Sequence record: PQ471516.1
Reading direction: 5' to 3' (one strand)
Length of the DNA: 64,000 nucleotides
The translations under genes and the position numbers were made by a program. The notes beneath the pieces are model-generated. The model did no database searches and was not told where the DNA came from. It saw nothing but the letters and a program-made list of their open reading frames with translations. How positions within the stretch are numbered: the first letter of the stretch is position 1; every line of letters begins with the position of its first letter. This document shows, piece after piece, positions 28,206-38,565 of the stretch.

Positions 28206-30008
28206 ATGCAACTAGATAAACTTTACACGGACGTGACTAATTTCCTCAATCAGAACAATTCTGACCTAACCAACGAAAACGCGAATAAGGATGCTAAATG
28301 TGTCAATACCCATAGAGACTTGCTTGCAGGTATTCTTTCTAAACACTATTCACAAGATGTTATTGCACCCGACCTGATGCAATGGCATAATGATGGATAT
28401 GGTCATATTCATGATTTGGACTACTATATTAGCCCGTTAACTAACTGTTGCTTAGTAAATTACCCTGATATGCTCAAGAACGGTTTTACTATTGGCTGTG
28501 CCAAAATTGAAGAACCAAAGAGTTTCAGTGTAGCGTGTACAGTACTGACACAGATTGTTCAAGCTGTCGCTAGTTCCCAGTACGGTGGTCAATCACTGGC
28601 ACATATTGATGTTGGTTTAGAACCATACGTCGAAAAGTCATGGAATAAGCTATTAGCTAAACAAAAGAAATACAATCTAAGTACTGAATATATTGAAGAA
28701 GAATTACGTAAAGAAGTATATGATGGCTGTCAAACTCTCCTGTACCAGACTAACTCTATGATTAGTACCAATGGTCAGGCTGCATTCATTTCTTTAAGCT
28801 TAGGACTGAATACTTCCAAATTTGGCAAACTAATCACTGAACAGTACTTAAAAGTACATGAAAATGGTTTAGGTGTTAATAAGATCACTCCGGTGTTCCC
28901 TAAAGTGATTTTCTTTTTACAAGATGGCATTAACATGAATCCAAAGGATATTAGCTACGATATGAAGCAATTGGCTATGCGTTGTGCTTCTAAGCGTATA
29001 TACCCTGATTTCGTTAGTGTTCCACTAAATCACAAGGTTACTGGGGCATCAAGTGCTGTTACTCCTATGGGATGCCGAAGCTTCTTAGGTAAATGGGAAG
29101 ATGCTAATGGAAACGAACAGTACAATGGTCGCTTCAACTTAGGTGTAGTGTCTATCAACTTACCGCTAATTGCTCTTGAAAGCACTTCAGATGGTGATTT
29201 CTTTGATAAGATAGACGAGCACATGAATATTGCGTACAGAGCACAGATGAACCGTGTAGAGCGTTTAAAAGGTACTAAGGCTAAACAGAACCCTATCCTG
29301 TTCATGGAAGGTGCTCTTGCTCGTCTTGGTGCAGAAGAAACTATTGACAAACTCTTCTACGATGGTTATGCTAGTATCAGTATTGGATATGTAGGATTAG
29401 TTGAATGTTCAGAGATTTTGACTGGTTCAATCAGTAAAGAGTTCTGCATGTCAGTACTGAATTATATGAAAGTGAAATGTGATGAATTCAAGAACGAGAG
29501 CAATATAGCCTTTAGTCTATACGGAACTCCTGCTGAATCATTATGTTACAAGTTTGCCCGTTGTATCGAGGCAAAACACCCATCAGTACTAAAACGTGAC
29601 TACATTACAAACTCATTCCATCAACCTGTATGGGTTGAGAGTACTCCATTCGAGAAGTGGGTTTATGAAGAAGGGTTTGCATATTTGAGTGCAGGTGGTA
29701 ACATTAGCTACGTCGAGTCACCAAATCTTTCAAACAACATACAAGCACTAGAAACACTAATAAACTACGCATATACTAAGATTCCTTACTTTGGCATCAA
29801 CCAACCAGTGGATCGTTGTTATGAGTGTAATTTTGAAGGTGAGTTCAGTGTTGATAAGCACGGGTTCCATTGTCCAGTTTGTGATAACAGAAATGAGAAA
29901 ACCATCTCTGTAATTCGTCGTGTATCTGGATACTTAGGAAATCCGTCTTCCCGTGGTTTTAACAAGGGAAAACAGCAAGAATGTTGTGAGAGAGTACAAC
30001 ACAAATAA
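28206..30008 (+). CDS. nrdD: anaerobic (class III) ribonucleotide reductase large subunit
   Basis: HIHDLDY, LTNCCLV, QYGGQ, MGCRSFL, RFNLGVVSINL, YGTPAESL, two CxxC and glycyl-radical RRVSGYL; no ATP-cone. Confidence 0.96.
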   Translation: MQLDKLYTDVTNFLNQNNSDLTNENANKDAKCVNTHRDLLAGILSKHYSQDVIAPDLMQWHNDGYGHIHDLDYYISPLTNCCLVNYPDMLKNGFTIGCAKIEEPKSFSVACTVLTQIVQAVASSQYGGQSLAHIDVGLEPYVEKSWNKLLAKQKKYNLSTEYIEEELRKEVYDGCQTLLYQTNSMISTNGQAAFISLSLGLNTSKFGKLITEQYLKVHENGLGVNKITPVFPKVIFFLQDGINMNPKDISYDMKQLAMRCASKRIYPDFVSVPLNHKVTGASSAVTPMGCRSFLGKWEDANGNEQYNGRFNLGVVSINLPLIALESTSDGDFFDKIDEHMNIAYRAQMNRVERLKGTKAKQNPILFMEGALARLGAEETIDKLFYDGYASISIGYVGLVECSEILTGSISKEFCMSVLNYMKVKCDEFKNESNIAFSLYGTPAESLCYKFARCIEAKHPSVLKRDYITNSFHQPVWVESTPFEKWVYEEGFAYLSAGGNISYVESPNLSNNIQALETLINYAYTKIPYFGINQPVDRCYECNFEGEFSVDKHGFHCPVCDNRNEKTISVIRRVSGYLGNPSSRGFNKGKQQECCERVQHK

Positions 30009-30015
30009 GGTACAT

Positions 30016-30345
30016 ATGTGCGATTTGAAACCAATAGTTGTTAACAAATACAAAGAACAGTATGATGTGTACATTGGTCGTGGGTCGAAATGGGGAAATC
30101 CATTCACCCACATTAAAGACAAGGAAACTAAGGCAGAATTCATTGTTGCTACCCGTGAAGAGTCCATTGAGAAGTTCAGAGACTATATTCTTGAACGTAT
30201 CGAAAAGGGTGAAGTCCAAATTGATGAACTCCTTGAACTCACTGGGAAACGTCTTGGTTGCTTTTGTAAGCCCAAATCATGTCATGGTGATGTTCTTGTT
30301 GAAATAGTGAGTGCTATACTAGATGAACTATCAGACGATAATTAA
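30016..30345 (+). CDS. DUF4326 family protein
   Basis: VYIGRGSKWGNPF and LGCFCKPK.CHGDVL; start at 30016 (SD AAGG) preferred to 29953. Confidence 0.8.
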   Translation: MCDLKPIVVNKYKEQYDVYIGRGSKWGNPFTHIKDKETKAEFIVATREESIEKFRDYILERIEKGEVQIDELLELTGKRLGCFCKPKSCHGDVLVEIVSAILDELSDDN

Positions 30346-30793
30346 AGACGATTTAGTTAACGGGGAGGGAGTACGATGCTCTCTCTTCGTGAGTGGTTGT
30401 AGCCACGGATGTGATGGGTGTTTCAATGAAGAAGCATGGGATTACAGAAGTGGTTCAAAATTCAGTCCAACTGAAGTTGAAGTTATTCTTAAAGAGTTAG
30501 ATAAGCCATATGTTGCCGGATTATCTTTACTTGGGGGAGATCCTCTTATGCCAAAGAATATCAGTACTGTTATTGATTTATGTAAAACTGTAAAAGAATT
30601 ACATCCTACCAAAACAATTTGGTGCTGGAGTGGATATACTTTAGAAGAGATTAAACTAAATCATTCTAAGGACATTCTTCAGTACTTAGATGTATTAGTT
30701 GATGGTAAGTTTATTGAGTCAGAAAAGAATTTAAAATTACCTTTCCGTGGTTCTAATAATCAACGTATTCTTCGCAAAGACAAAGATTTTTAA
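30323..30793 (+). CDS. nrdG: anaerobic ribonucleotide reductase activase (radical SAM)
   Basis: D.VNGEGVR.SLFVSGCSHGCDGCFN, LLGGDP, DVLVDG.F, FRGS.NQR. Confidence 0.95.
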   Translation: MNYQTIIKDDLVNGEGVRCSLFVSGCSHGCDGCFNEEAWDYRSGSKFSPTEVEVILKELDKPYVAGLSLLGGDPLMPKNISTVIDLCKTVKELHPTKTIWCWSGYTLEEIKLNHSKDILQYLDVLVDGKFIESEKNLKLPFRGSNNQRILRKDKDF

Positions 30794-30798
30794 AATGT

Positions 30799-30822
30799 GG
30801 CTTCCCTAGTGGAAGCCTTTTT
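30799..30822 (+). terminator. Rho-independent terminator
   Basis: GGCTTCC-CTAGT-GGAAGCC TTTTT. Confidence 0.85.
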
Positions 30823-30858
30823 GCGTTCAAAGGAACTGTAGGTACGCGAATATGTGCA

Positions 30859-30864
30859 TAAATA
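30859..30864 (+). promoter_or_regulatory. putative T4-like late promoter (TAAATA)
   Basis: CATAAATA about 35 nt upstream of structural gene. Confidence 0.45.
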
Positions 30865-30897
30865 CATGAACAAATATCTATAATAAAAGGGATATAT

Positions 30898-33597
30898 ATG
30901 TCAAAGAAAATATATGGTGGCTTAGATGTCACACATAATGTTACAGTAAAAGGGAAACGTACTGTTCAAGGTATCAATGATCAAGTTTTTGATGCCAATG
31001 GTAACATGGAACTTGATACTTATACTAAAGAAGAAATTCTTGACGTAATTAGTATGATGCCTTTGTCACATTATGGTACACATAACTATCTACCTGCTGG
31101 TGTAAGTGGTGACTTCAACGGAGCATCAGAAAACACATCACAGCGTAGAAACAAAATTCTATTAGAAGATGACGGAACATTAGTAATGTTGCGTGCTGGT
31201 ACAAACGGTAGTGTGGAAGGTCTATTCTACTCTTACCTAGCGAACGCATTAACTATTGAAGATATGGGTCGTACCGTGAATACTGGTAAGCAGTATCAAC
31301 CTGGGTTCTTGGGTTCCACAAAAGTTGCTTTCGGTTTATATAACACTGATAGTAATATAATGATTGGTCAATATAAAGATACAACTAATAGCACTACAGG
31401 TTATTTTGTATCTATTACAAACAATACACTTGATGATACTCAGCACTCAGGATTTATCATTAATCAGTACACTGACCTTTCACCACAAGGTAACATTGAA
31501 TATGCAATGATGGCAGAAGATGGTTCAATCTATGTGTTTAGTTTAGATGTTGCAGATAATAAAATGCACATGATTGTACAGCGTATTGTGTTTAATATTA
31601 GTGCTGGTACATACACTACATCACGTATATCTGGATGGACTACAAAAACATTCTACAATACAACTATCAGTGCTAATACTAATATAGTATTAACCAACAG
31701 AACTTATTCAACTGATATTGTAGATAAACCATATGCTCTTGTACCAACTAACCTACGTGGTATTGGTATATACATGACTTCATATGATTTATATGTTGCA
31801 CAACAGCCTGGTACTCAGAACTTCCGTTTCCGTTTAAATGGGGACTTATGGGCGACAATGGCAGACTATAATACACGTCCACAACATAGTTTTAGTTTCA
31901 ATTTCAATATGAGTACTAAACAATGTACGTTAGATACTGGCAATGACATTGGTTCATTCCAAGCACCTATCGTTATTACAAATACTGGGACTCAATTAGT
32001 TGCTACTGGTAATGCTCTAAACAAAGATGATTTTTATAACCACAGTGGTGCACGTAACATTTATAGTGGATATTACTATTCAGTAGAAGGTGTTGCTTTC
32101 TGTACAATATGTCCAAACCTAGCAGAACCATTACACATGGAAAAAGGTCATTACCCAGCACAATCTGTTTATAGCATGATAAATGTTAGAGCAGTGAGTT
32201 GTACAGATTTTCGTGATGGAAGAGTTGGTCCGACATTTGGTTCAGCAGTAGGGTCATATATCAACGGTGTTGAATTGTTACCTGATAACAGTACTAAACA
32301 GTTCTCTCGTGCTTCCGGTACAGGTTCTTACCAACCATCATATGCAGTGCATAAGAGTACTCCTAACTTTACGTTCAAATCACTTTCAATGGGGACTATT
32401 CAGGGTTATGAGCCAACAGCAGAACGTGCAAACGTAGCTGATACGACAAACAACCAAGTATTCATTAGTTCAATTTCAGGAAGTACAGTTACAACTAATG
32501 GTGGTGTACTAATTTGTGGTCAACGTTACTCACAGTCGTTATCATATGATAAGTACATGAATGGTACTAACGTAATTAGTGTTACTCAATCAGTACTTGA
32601 CAACTTCAGAACAGCAGAGTATGCTAAAGTTGCTAGTTCATGGAACCTATCAAGTGCATCGGGTAAAGACATGTCGTTGTTTGTTCCACAGCAATCTGAC
32701 ATTCCAGCGTTTGTGTTCCTCAGTTCTGTAACTAATAATAACCAGAACTATATTCGTGTTGCAGAAGTTAATGTGAATACCAGAGTAGGTAACATTACTA
32801 GTATTACATTTAAACGTTTAGTTTATGAAAACGTTCATGGTGATAACTTTGTTTCAAATACATCAGGTTCATTCTCTTCTTCATCTGTTGGTATGACAAT
32901 TTATGATGGTGGTTCATTCTATTTCTTAGGTGGTTCTGATCCATTAACACATAATACTATCGGTAACACAAATACACATATGTTCCGTGCTTATGTTACT
33001 AAATCCACTGCAACTATTGATAGCTTTATTATTGCGGGTGGTCATGCCAGTTATGAACAAGGTGCTCAACCAGCAGCGTTACCTGGATTGGGTTTTGGTA
33101 TTTTTGCTGCAATTGACTATTCTAACAAAATGACATTCGTACCTTTTGGAACAACTATTGCTGATTATAACGCATGGACACAGAAAGCGACTGCAATAAA
33201 CTTAGTATCACAAGACGTTGCACAAGGTTTTATCGTGTACTTCACCGAAGAAACACCAGTAATACTATCAGGTAAATCATTTACTCTACCTATTTCGAAT
33301 ATTGATTTAACAACTGTAAAAGCTAATCCAGCCAATACAACGTTTTATCTTTATATTAAAATGGAGCAAGGTAATGTTAAATACCACATAACTACTGAAG
33401 TTATTTCAGAAGCTGGTACTTCTGCATATAACGTATTTTGGATTGGAACAATTAAAACTAACTCTCTTCAAATTGAAACAGTAAATGTTGAAAAACGTTC
33501 TCGTTTGGATATATTTGGTGCATCACTAGAAGCAGCAGGTTCTTCATTCCCAGTAAGTTATGGTTTACCATCACAAACAGGATCTATCAACTGGTAA
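30898..33597 (+). CDS. putative tail-fibre/baseplate structural protein (899 aa)
   Basis: Thr/Ser/Gly/Asn-rich beta-type composition; N- and C-terminal segments shared with the next two ORFs. Confidence 0.6.
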   Translation: MSKKIYGGLDVTHNVTVKGKRTVQGINDQVFDANGNMELDTYTKEEILDVISMMPLSHYGTHNYLPAGVSGDFNGASENTSQRRNKILLEDDGTLVMLRAGTNGSVEGLFYSYLANALTIEDMGRTVNTGKQYQPGFLGSTKVAFGLYNTDSNIMIGQYKDTTNSTTGYFVSITNNTLDDTQHSGFIINQYTDLSPQGNIEYAMMAEDGSIYVFSLDVADNKMHMIVQRIVFNISAGTYTTSRISGWTTKTFYNTTISANTNIVLTNRTYSTDIVDKPYALVPTNLRGIGIYMTSYDLYVAQQPGTQNFRFRLNGDLWATMADYNTRPQHSFSFNFNMSTKQCTLDTGNDIGSFQAPIVITNTGTQLVATGNALNKDDFYNHSGARNIYSGYYYSVEGVAFCTICPNLAEPLHMEKGHYPAQSVYSMINVRAVSCTDFRDGRVGPTFGSAVGSYINGVELLPDNSTKQFSRASGTGSYQPSYAVHKSTPNFTFKSLSMGTIQGYEPTAERANVADTTNNQVFISSISGSTVTTNGGVLICGQRYSQSLSYDKYMNGTNVISVTQSVLDNFRTAEYAKVASSWNLSSASGKDMSLFVPQQSDIPAFVFLSSVTNNNQNYIRVAEVNVNTRVGNITSITFKRLVYENVHGDNFVSNTSGSFSSSSVGMTIYDGGSFYFLGGSDPLTHNTIGNTNTHMFRAYVTKSTATIDSFIIAGGHASYEQGAQPAALPGLGFGIFAAIDYSNKMTFVPFGTTIADYNAWTQKATAINLVSQDVAQGFIVYFTEETPVILSGKSFTLPISNIDLTTVKANPANTTFYLYIKMEQGNVKYHITTEVISEAGTSAYNVFWIGTIKTNSLQIETVNVEKRSRLDIFGASLEAAGSSFPVSYGLPSQTGSINW

Positions 33598-33609
33598 GGG
33601 ATTACAATT

Positions 33610-34197
33610 ATGGCTTATATTATAAGATCAGATATTGAAGCAATGACAACAATTAAGTCCAGAGGATTAGATACTGGACTTTCATTGACTGACATTAATG
33701 ACGTATCTTATGCAACCGATGTTAACGGGGAATGTACGTTCCCTGTATTAACCTCAGATGAAATCGACTACATTATGAATGGTTTACCACTGTCACAGTA
33801 CGGTGAACTATATGATTCAACCAGTCTAGGTGTTACATTTTCTGGTTATGATTTGAAATTTGGACGAATTGTTCCGGCGTTTATTGGTGGACATTTATAT
33901 GATTACCCAGTCAGTACTGTTAAAGCTAAAACAGTAACATCAGGTACACAGACACAATATGTGTATGCTACGTTAGTACTGGGTGTACCATTATATGAAA
34001 TTTCAGCTACCGCCATTGCTGAAACACAAATTCAAATGTTCATTGGTACAATAACAGTTGGTACAGCAGGAATAACAGCAGCAAACATAGAACGCGTTTC
34101 AAGGTTCAGTACATATAGACCTAGTACTACACAGAAAGGTTCGTCCTTCCCAGTCAGTACAGGAAATCCGGCACAAACTGGTTCTATAGGCTGGTAA
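33610..34197 (+). CDS. short paralog of the flanking structural proteins (195 aa)
   Basis: LPLSQYG and C-terminal GSSFPVS.G.P.QTGSI.W shared with 30898 ORF. Confidence 0.6.
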   Translation: MAYIIRSDIEAMTTIKSRGLDTGLSLTDINDVSYATDVNGECTFPVLTSDEIDYIMNGLPLSQYGELYDSTSLGVTFSGYDLKFGRIVPAFIGGHLYDYPVSTVKAKTVTSGTQTQYVYATLVLGVPLYEISATAIAETQIQMFIGTITVGTAGITAANIERVSRFSTYRPSTTQKGSSFPVSTGNPAQTGSIGW

Positions 34198-34213
34198 TTA
34201 AAGGGAAATTAAC

Positions 34214-36940
34214 ATGTCATCACAAAGAATTATTGGTAACGCCAGTATATTAGGCAACTTGGCAATTGCTGGAAAAAATGCAATGCGTACTTTTAATGGA
34301 GTCTCACCAGACTCCAATACTGGTATCGTCGATTACCCAATATACAAACGTTCTGAAGTTCAGAAAATTCTTGATATGATGCCTATTTCGCGTATAGGGG
34401 AGATGGACTATCTCCCTTTGAACGTAAATGGTTCATATGAAGGTGCAACTTCAAACTCAGCTACATATCGTATTCAGCCAACTATCATTGAAGATGATGG
34501 TACTGGTGTAGTAATACGTGCAGGTACAAACGGAAGTAAAAATGGTTACTATTACTCTTTTATACGAGATTTAAGAAACATTACTTCTTTTACTCAGGAT
34601 ATGGTTATATCAACTACAACTGAATATAAACCATCTATTCTAAGTACTGGTGAAAATATTATTCGTTTCATCGGCACAAATGGTTATGAACTTTTAGTTT
34701 CATATACCTCCGGCTCTAATTATGTTTTCACATTAACAAACGGTACATTCAACGAAGTATCACATATTCATGCTAAGTTAGCTGAATCAAGATTCGGTAC
34801 TGACAAACCATTATATGCTCACGTGGTTGGTTCAAATATTTTTGTTTGGTGTAAAGACACCACGGTAGCAAACGGTGGATTAGCATATTCATTGTATACA
34901 GTTTCCAGAAGTAATATAGTTGATGGTACTATGACTTCTTTTGCTAAAGTGACTGGTTTTTCCGGTCAAACAGTAAGGAATACAAACTATAGTGCATCAA
35001 ATAATATTAGAGTTTTTGACCGTTACTGGTCTACAACTACTGGTACTGATTCACTATATGATATTGTTAGTCCAGTGAACAGCGTTGAATATATTGATTA
35101 TAATGATTATAATATCCAAGCAAATGCCAGTACTGACAACTCTAAAATACGAGTTACTTTATACATAACTCCACGTTTCAAGACTCCATTAGCAATTTCA
35201 ACTGTTCAGCCAACTGGTATTAGTTTTGTTTATAATATTAGTTCAAAGGTTATGACATTAGATGGGTCAGCAAGAGCACCAGCAACAGCAACATACACTA
35301 ATAATAATTTTGTTGTTACCAACCCATTCTCAATTTCAATGAGTAACTTTACTGGTTCAACTAATAGTTCATCTTCATTAGGTGACTGCGGTTCAATCTG
35401 TCAAACATCAGATGGTCTTGTTTTTACATCAAAATCAAGATGGATATCAGATGAAACCTATGGTTTACAACTATATAAAGTACAAGGCACTCCATACGAT
35501 AGTTGGGTCGCTAGTACTCGTAAGTCCAGTGATTTAACTAACGTAAATGTTAAACCGACATATGGTTCTGCTGTAGGGGAAAACTTACTTGGTGTTAGAT
35601 TTATTGATAAAAGAAAAGTACTTCTTGCATGTTCCAGTACTAGCGATGGTGTTACTTATGGCTATGACAGTACTGTATCCTCTGATATAGGAGACTCTCC
35701 AGTATACACATATAATAGTGTTGTAACTGGGTCTACAATTGAAGGTTTTGCTCCTGAAGCTGGGCGTGAATATCATGGAAATAGTTATGATTATACCGCT
35801 ATGGTTTCTTTGATTGCGGCTGATGGAACAGTAAAAACATATGGTTCTTCATTTATTGAAGGTGTAACCAAAGATGCAAATGGATTATTAGATCCAAATA
35901 CTATGACATTCTCTGGAAAATACACAATGAGTAATACTGCATTGATGAATCTTAAACAAGCAATCATCGATAGTGCAGATATCACTGATACCAGTACTTC
36001 TAGGATTTGTTTTTATTATGTACCTGATAATACATTCTCAAGATCTATGGCAGTTGTTTGTACATACAATCCAACTAACAACCAAGGTTATGCTATTTTT
36101 GCAGAAGTCAATGCTGTTCTAAGTGGTTCAGAAATTACAAGTGCATCAGTATATACAACCAGATATGAAGTGCTTGGGAGTATATCAGGAATCCAAAGTA
36201 ATGCTCTAATGAAGCGTTGTACTGGATTAACAGTTGCAAAATACTCTGGATTCAATTATCTTGGTATTGATACTATCCATCAGTTCACAGTTCCTGGTGA
36301 TGTTAGTCAGAAAATGATGATAGCTAAAGTTAAAAATGGTGATATTAGTACTAACCGTTATTTTACAACCTATCATGTTAGCAACGGTTCCGCTTTCCAG
36401 AGTGGTGCTATTCCTGGTGGTGGATTCGGTTATTACAACTTCAGTAATTCCGACTTACAGACAAAAGCAGTTCTTTCTGTATTCGGGACGACAGAAGCCC
36501 AGATGGATGGTTTGATTGCTGGTACTGGTGCAGTACTGAACAATTATGTTATAGTTTCTCAAGATGTAGCTGCTGGTTTCAACGTGTACTTCACCCGTGA
36601 AGTTCCGGTGTTCCTTGCGGGTATGTTCGACCGTCTGGTAGTTCAGACACTTGACTTAACGACCATAAAGAGTAATCCAGCTAACAGTACTTTCTACATT
36701 TACATAGAAATGAACCGAAGTACTGGTAAGGCTTCTTATGTTGTGAGTACTACACTCCTTGATGAAACGTTGACACGAGCCTTCATAGGAACTATAATTA
36801 CTGGTGCTACTAACATATCATCAATTGAAACAGAAAAAGTGACAAGGTTCTTGACCTATCGACCAAGTACAACAAAACGTGGTTCTGCAATCCCGTCCAG
36901 TACTGGCGTACCGTCAGGCACTGGTACACGTTGGAAATAA
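34214..36940 (+). CDS. putative tail-fibre/baseplate structural protein (908 aa), paralog of 30898 ORF
   Basis: MMPISRIG..DYLP..V.G...GA, EDDGT.V..RAGTNGS, SQDVA.GF.VYFT.E.PV shared. Confidence 0.6.
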   Translation: MSSQRIIGNASILGNLAIAGKNAMRTFNGVSPDSNTGIVDYPIYKRSEVQKILDMMPISRIGEMDYLPLNVNGSYEGATSNSATYRIQPTIIEDDGTGVVIRAGTNGSKNGYYYSFIRDLRNITSFTQDMVISTTTEYKPSILSTGENIIRFIGTNGYELLVSYTSGSNYVFTLTNGTFNEVSHIHAKLAESRFGTDKPLYAHVVGSNIFVWCKDTTVANGGLAYSLYTVSRSNIVDGTMTSFAKVTGFSGQTVRNTNYSASNNIRVFDRYWSTTTGTDSLYDIVSPVNSVEYIDYNDYNIQANASTDNSKIRVTLYITPRFKTPLAISTVQPTGISFVYNISSKVMTLDGSARAPATATYTNNNFVVTNPFSISMSNFTGSTNSSSSLGDCGSICQTSDGLVFTSKSRWISDETYGLQLYKVQGTPYDSWVASTRKSSDLTNVNVKPTYGSAVGENLLGVRFIDKRKVLLACSSTSDGVTYGYDSTVSSDIGDSPVYTYNSVVTGSTIEGFAPEAGREYHGNSYDYTAMVSLIAADGTVKTYGSSFIEGVTKDANGLLDPNTMTFSGKYTMSNTALMNLKQAIIDSADITDTSTSRICFYYVPDNTFSRSMAVVCTYNPTNNQGYAIFAEVNAVLSGSEITSASVYTTRYEVLGSISGIQSNALMKRCTGLTVAKYSGFNYLGIDTIHQFTVPGDVSQKMMIAKVKNGDISTNRYFTTYHVSNGSAFQSGAIPGGGFGYYNFSNSDLQTKAVLSVFGTTEAQMDGLIAGTGAVLNNYVIVSQDVAAGFNVYFTREVPVFLAGMFDRLVVQTLDLTTIKSNPANSTFYIYIEMNRSTGKASYVVSTTLLDETLTRAFIGTIITGATNISSIETEKVTRFLTYRPSTTKRGSAIPSSTGVPSGTGTRWK

Positions 36941-36945
36941 ATTTT

Positions 36946-36976
36946 AAGCTCGTCTATTGACGGGCTTTTCTTTTAT
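36946..36976 (+). terminator. Rho-independent terminator
   Basis: AAGCTCGTC-TATT-GACGGGCTT then T-rich. Confidence 0.8.
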
Positions 36977-36985
36977 GTGTATACT
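36957..36985 (+). promoter_or_regulatory. sigma70-type promoter overlapping the terminator
   Basis: TTGACG-N17-TATACT. Confidence 0.6.
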
Positions 36986-37010
36986 GTATGAAAACTGGGA
37001 GGTATTTTGT

Positions 37011-37553
37011 ATGAAATTCTTTAAGAAGAAAGACGATTTAGATTGGTCTTCATATGTCCAAGAACGTAAGATTAATAAATGTATTTTTAAATTAATTACT
37101 AAAAGTATCTTACTCAAAGAAAGTATCACTACGGATCAAGACCGTAGAGATTTAATCAATTTAAAGTACAAAGTAAGTTCATTTTTCTTTTACAATCTAA
37201 TGAAAGAAATTGCAACGAGTACAGATCCTGAACGTTGGGATGTTGATGTTGACCGATATTACGGTGGGGACATTAGTTTCACTATTCGTGATAGAAAGAA
37301 GAATGTATCCATCAACGCTGATTATGATACGGCTGATAATGTTCAGTTTGATGATCCCAATTTACGAATAAAAGATGAAGAAATCAGAGTGAGTATTCGC
37401 AAAGATTTTGTTAAAACACATTTAGAAAGTCCAGAGAAATTCATTATGATTTACTTTGTTATGGAGTACGTTAGTGTTACAGAAAATCTAAAGAATTTAA
37501 GAAGACTACAAAATGAGCACGAGCTAAAACTATCAGTCAGAGATTGGTACTAG
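37011..37553 (+). CDS. hypothetical protein, first of a paralogous triplet
   Basis: SD GGAGG before ATG 37011. Confidence 0.65.
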   Translation: MKFFKKKDDLDWSSYVQERKINKCIFKLITKSILLKESITTDQDRRDLINLKYKVSSFFFYNLMKEIATSTDPERWDVDVDRYYGGDISFTIRDRKKNVSINADYDTADNVQFDDPNLRIKDEEIRVSIRKDFVKTHLESPEKFIMIYFVMEYVSVTENLKNLRRLQNEHELKLSVRDWY

Positions 37554-37561
37554 GAGAGAAC

Positions 37562-38080
37562 ATGTTTTTCAAAAAAGACAAAGTGGAAAAAGAAGAGAAG
37601 AATTTAAACTTTCTTAATGACGTTATCCAAGTCCTTATGAAAAGTTATCAACTCAAAGATAAAGTACTGAATGATGACGACCGCCGATTGGTTATCGATA
37701 TTAAGTACAAATTGAGTAAACATCCTTTACTAACTCTAATCACAGAGATTGTTAAAGATCCACATGACAGCCGATGGAGATGGATTGAACAGTGTGCTTC
37801 CGTTTATTCCACTACTCGTTATGAATTACTTGACACAGTAACTGACGTTCAAGTGGGTGTGCGATGCTTTGATATAAAAAACGCAACACGACACAAAAAC
37901 ATCCGAAGTTCTGTTGATTTTAATAGTGATGTATTAGTAGAAGAAGAATCCATCTTTTTATTCTGTTTCTTGCACGGTTTGAATCAAATGTACACAACGA
38001 TTTCAGTACTGAACCAGCAGCAGAAAAATCTACAAAAACGTAATGAAATTAAGGATTTATATCAATGTTCAAAATCTTAA
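37562..38080 (+). CDS. hypothetical protein, paralog of 37011
   Basis: SD AGGAG before ATG 37562; KS..LK....D.DRR..I..KYK.S shared. Confidence 0.65.
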   Translation: MFFKKDKVEKEEKNLNFLNDVIQVLMKSYQLKDKVLNDDDRRLVIDIKYKLSKHPLLTLITEIVKDPHDSRWRWIEQCASVYSTTRYELLDTVTDVQVGVRCFDIKNATRHKNIRSSVDFNSDVLVEEESIFLFCFLHGLNQMYTTISVLNQQQKNLQKRNEIKDLYQCSKS

Positions 38081-38565
38081 AGAAGCAACAAGCAAATACA
38101 AATCCTCTTACTGAGTTCATTGGCTCACTTATTCTAAGCAAAAGTCCATTACTTGTTCAACACTGCAAGGATGATTATGAACGTGAAATTATCATTAACA
38201 GAAAATACATTCATTCAAAATGCGACTCTATGATTTACAGCTTCGTAAAGTACTGCTTAGTGAATCGTAATTACGTCAGTGTTCATTGTGAAGATGAACC
38301 GTGTTATGATGGATGGGCGAAAGAATGGTTTATTTTTGAAAATGGTCGTGGGTTCAAATTCTTTTCATTACCTGATGGTTCAGTTTGTATCTTCATCGCT
38401 AACCGTAATGAGTGGGTAGAGTATTCCACATCAAAATATGATTATGATGTTCTCGCTGATTTATATCGTTGTATTAAGAATTTTCAAGTAATTGAAGCCA
38501 ATTTAGAAAAACAACGTAGAAATCTCAAATGCGTCGAACAATACAATGAAATGTACAGGTGCTAA
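38065..38565 (+). CDS. hypothetical protein, paralog of 37011
   Basis: SKS.LL....DD..R..II.RKY..S shared. Confidence 0.6.
   Translation: MFKILKKQQANTNPLTEFIGSLILSKSPLLVQHCKDDYEREIIINRKYIHSKCDSMIYSFVKYCLVNRNYVSVHCEDEPCYDGWAKEWFIFENGRGFKFFSLPDGSVCIFIANRNEWVEYSTSKYDYDVLADLYRCIKNFQVIEANLEKQRRNLKCVEQYNEMYRC

Noticed and set aside
28206-30008. Group I intron or intein in nrdD
   Set aside because: Reading frame is continuous and of normal short class III length with all motifs; no insertion seen
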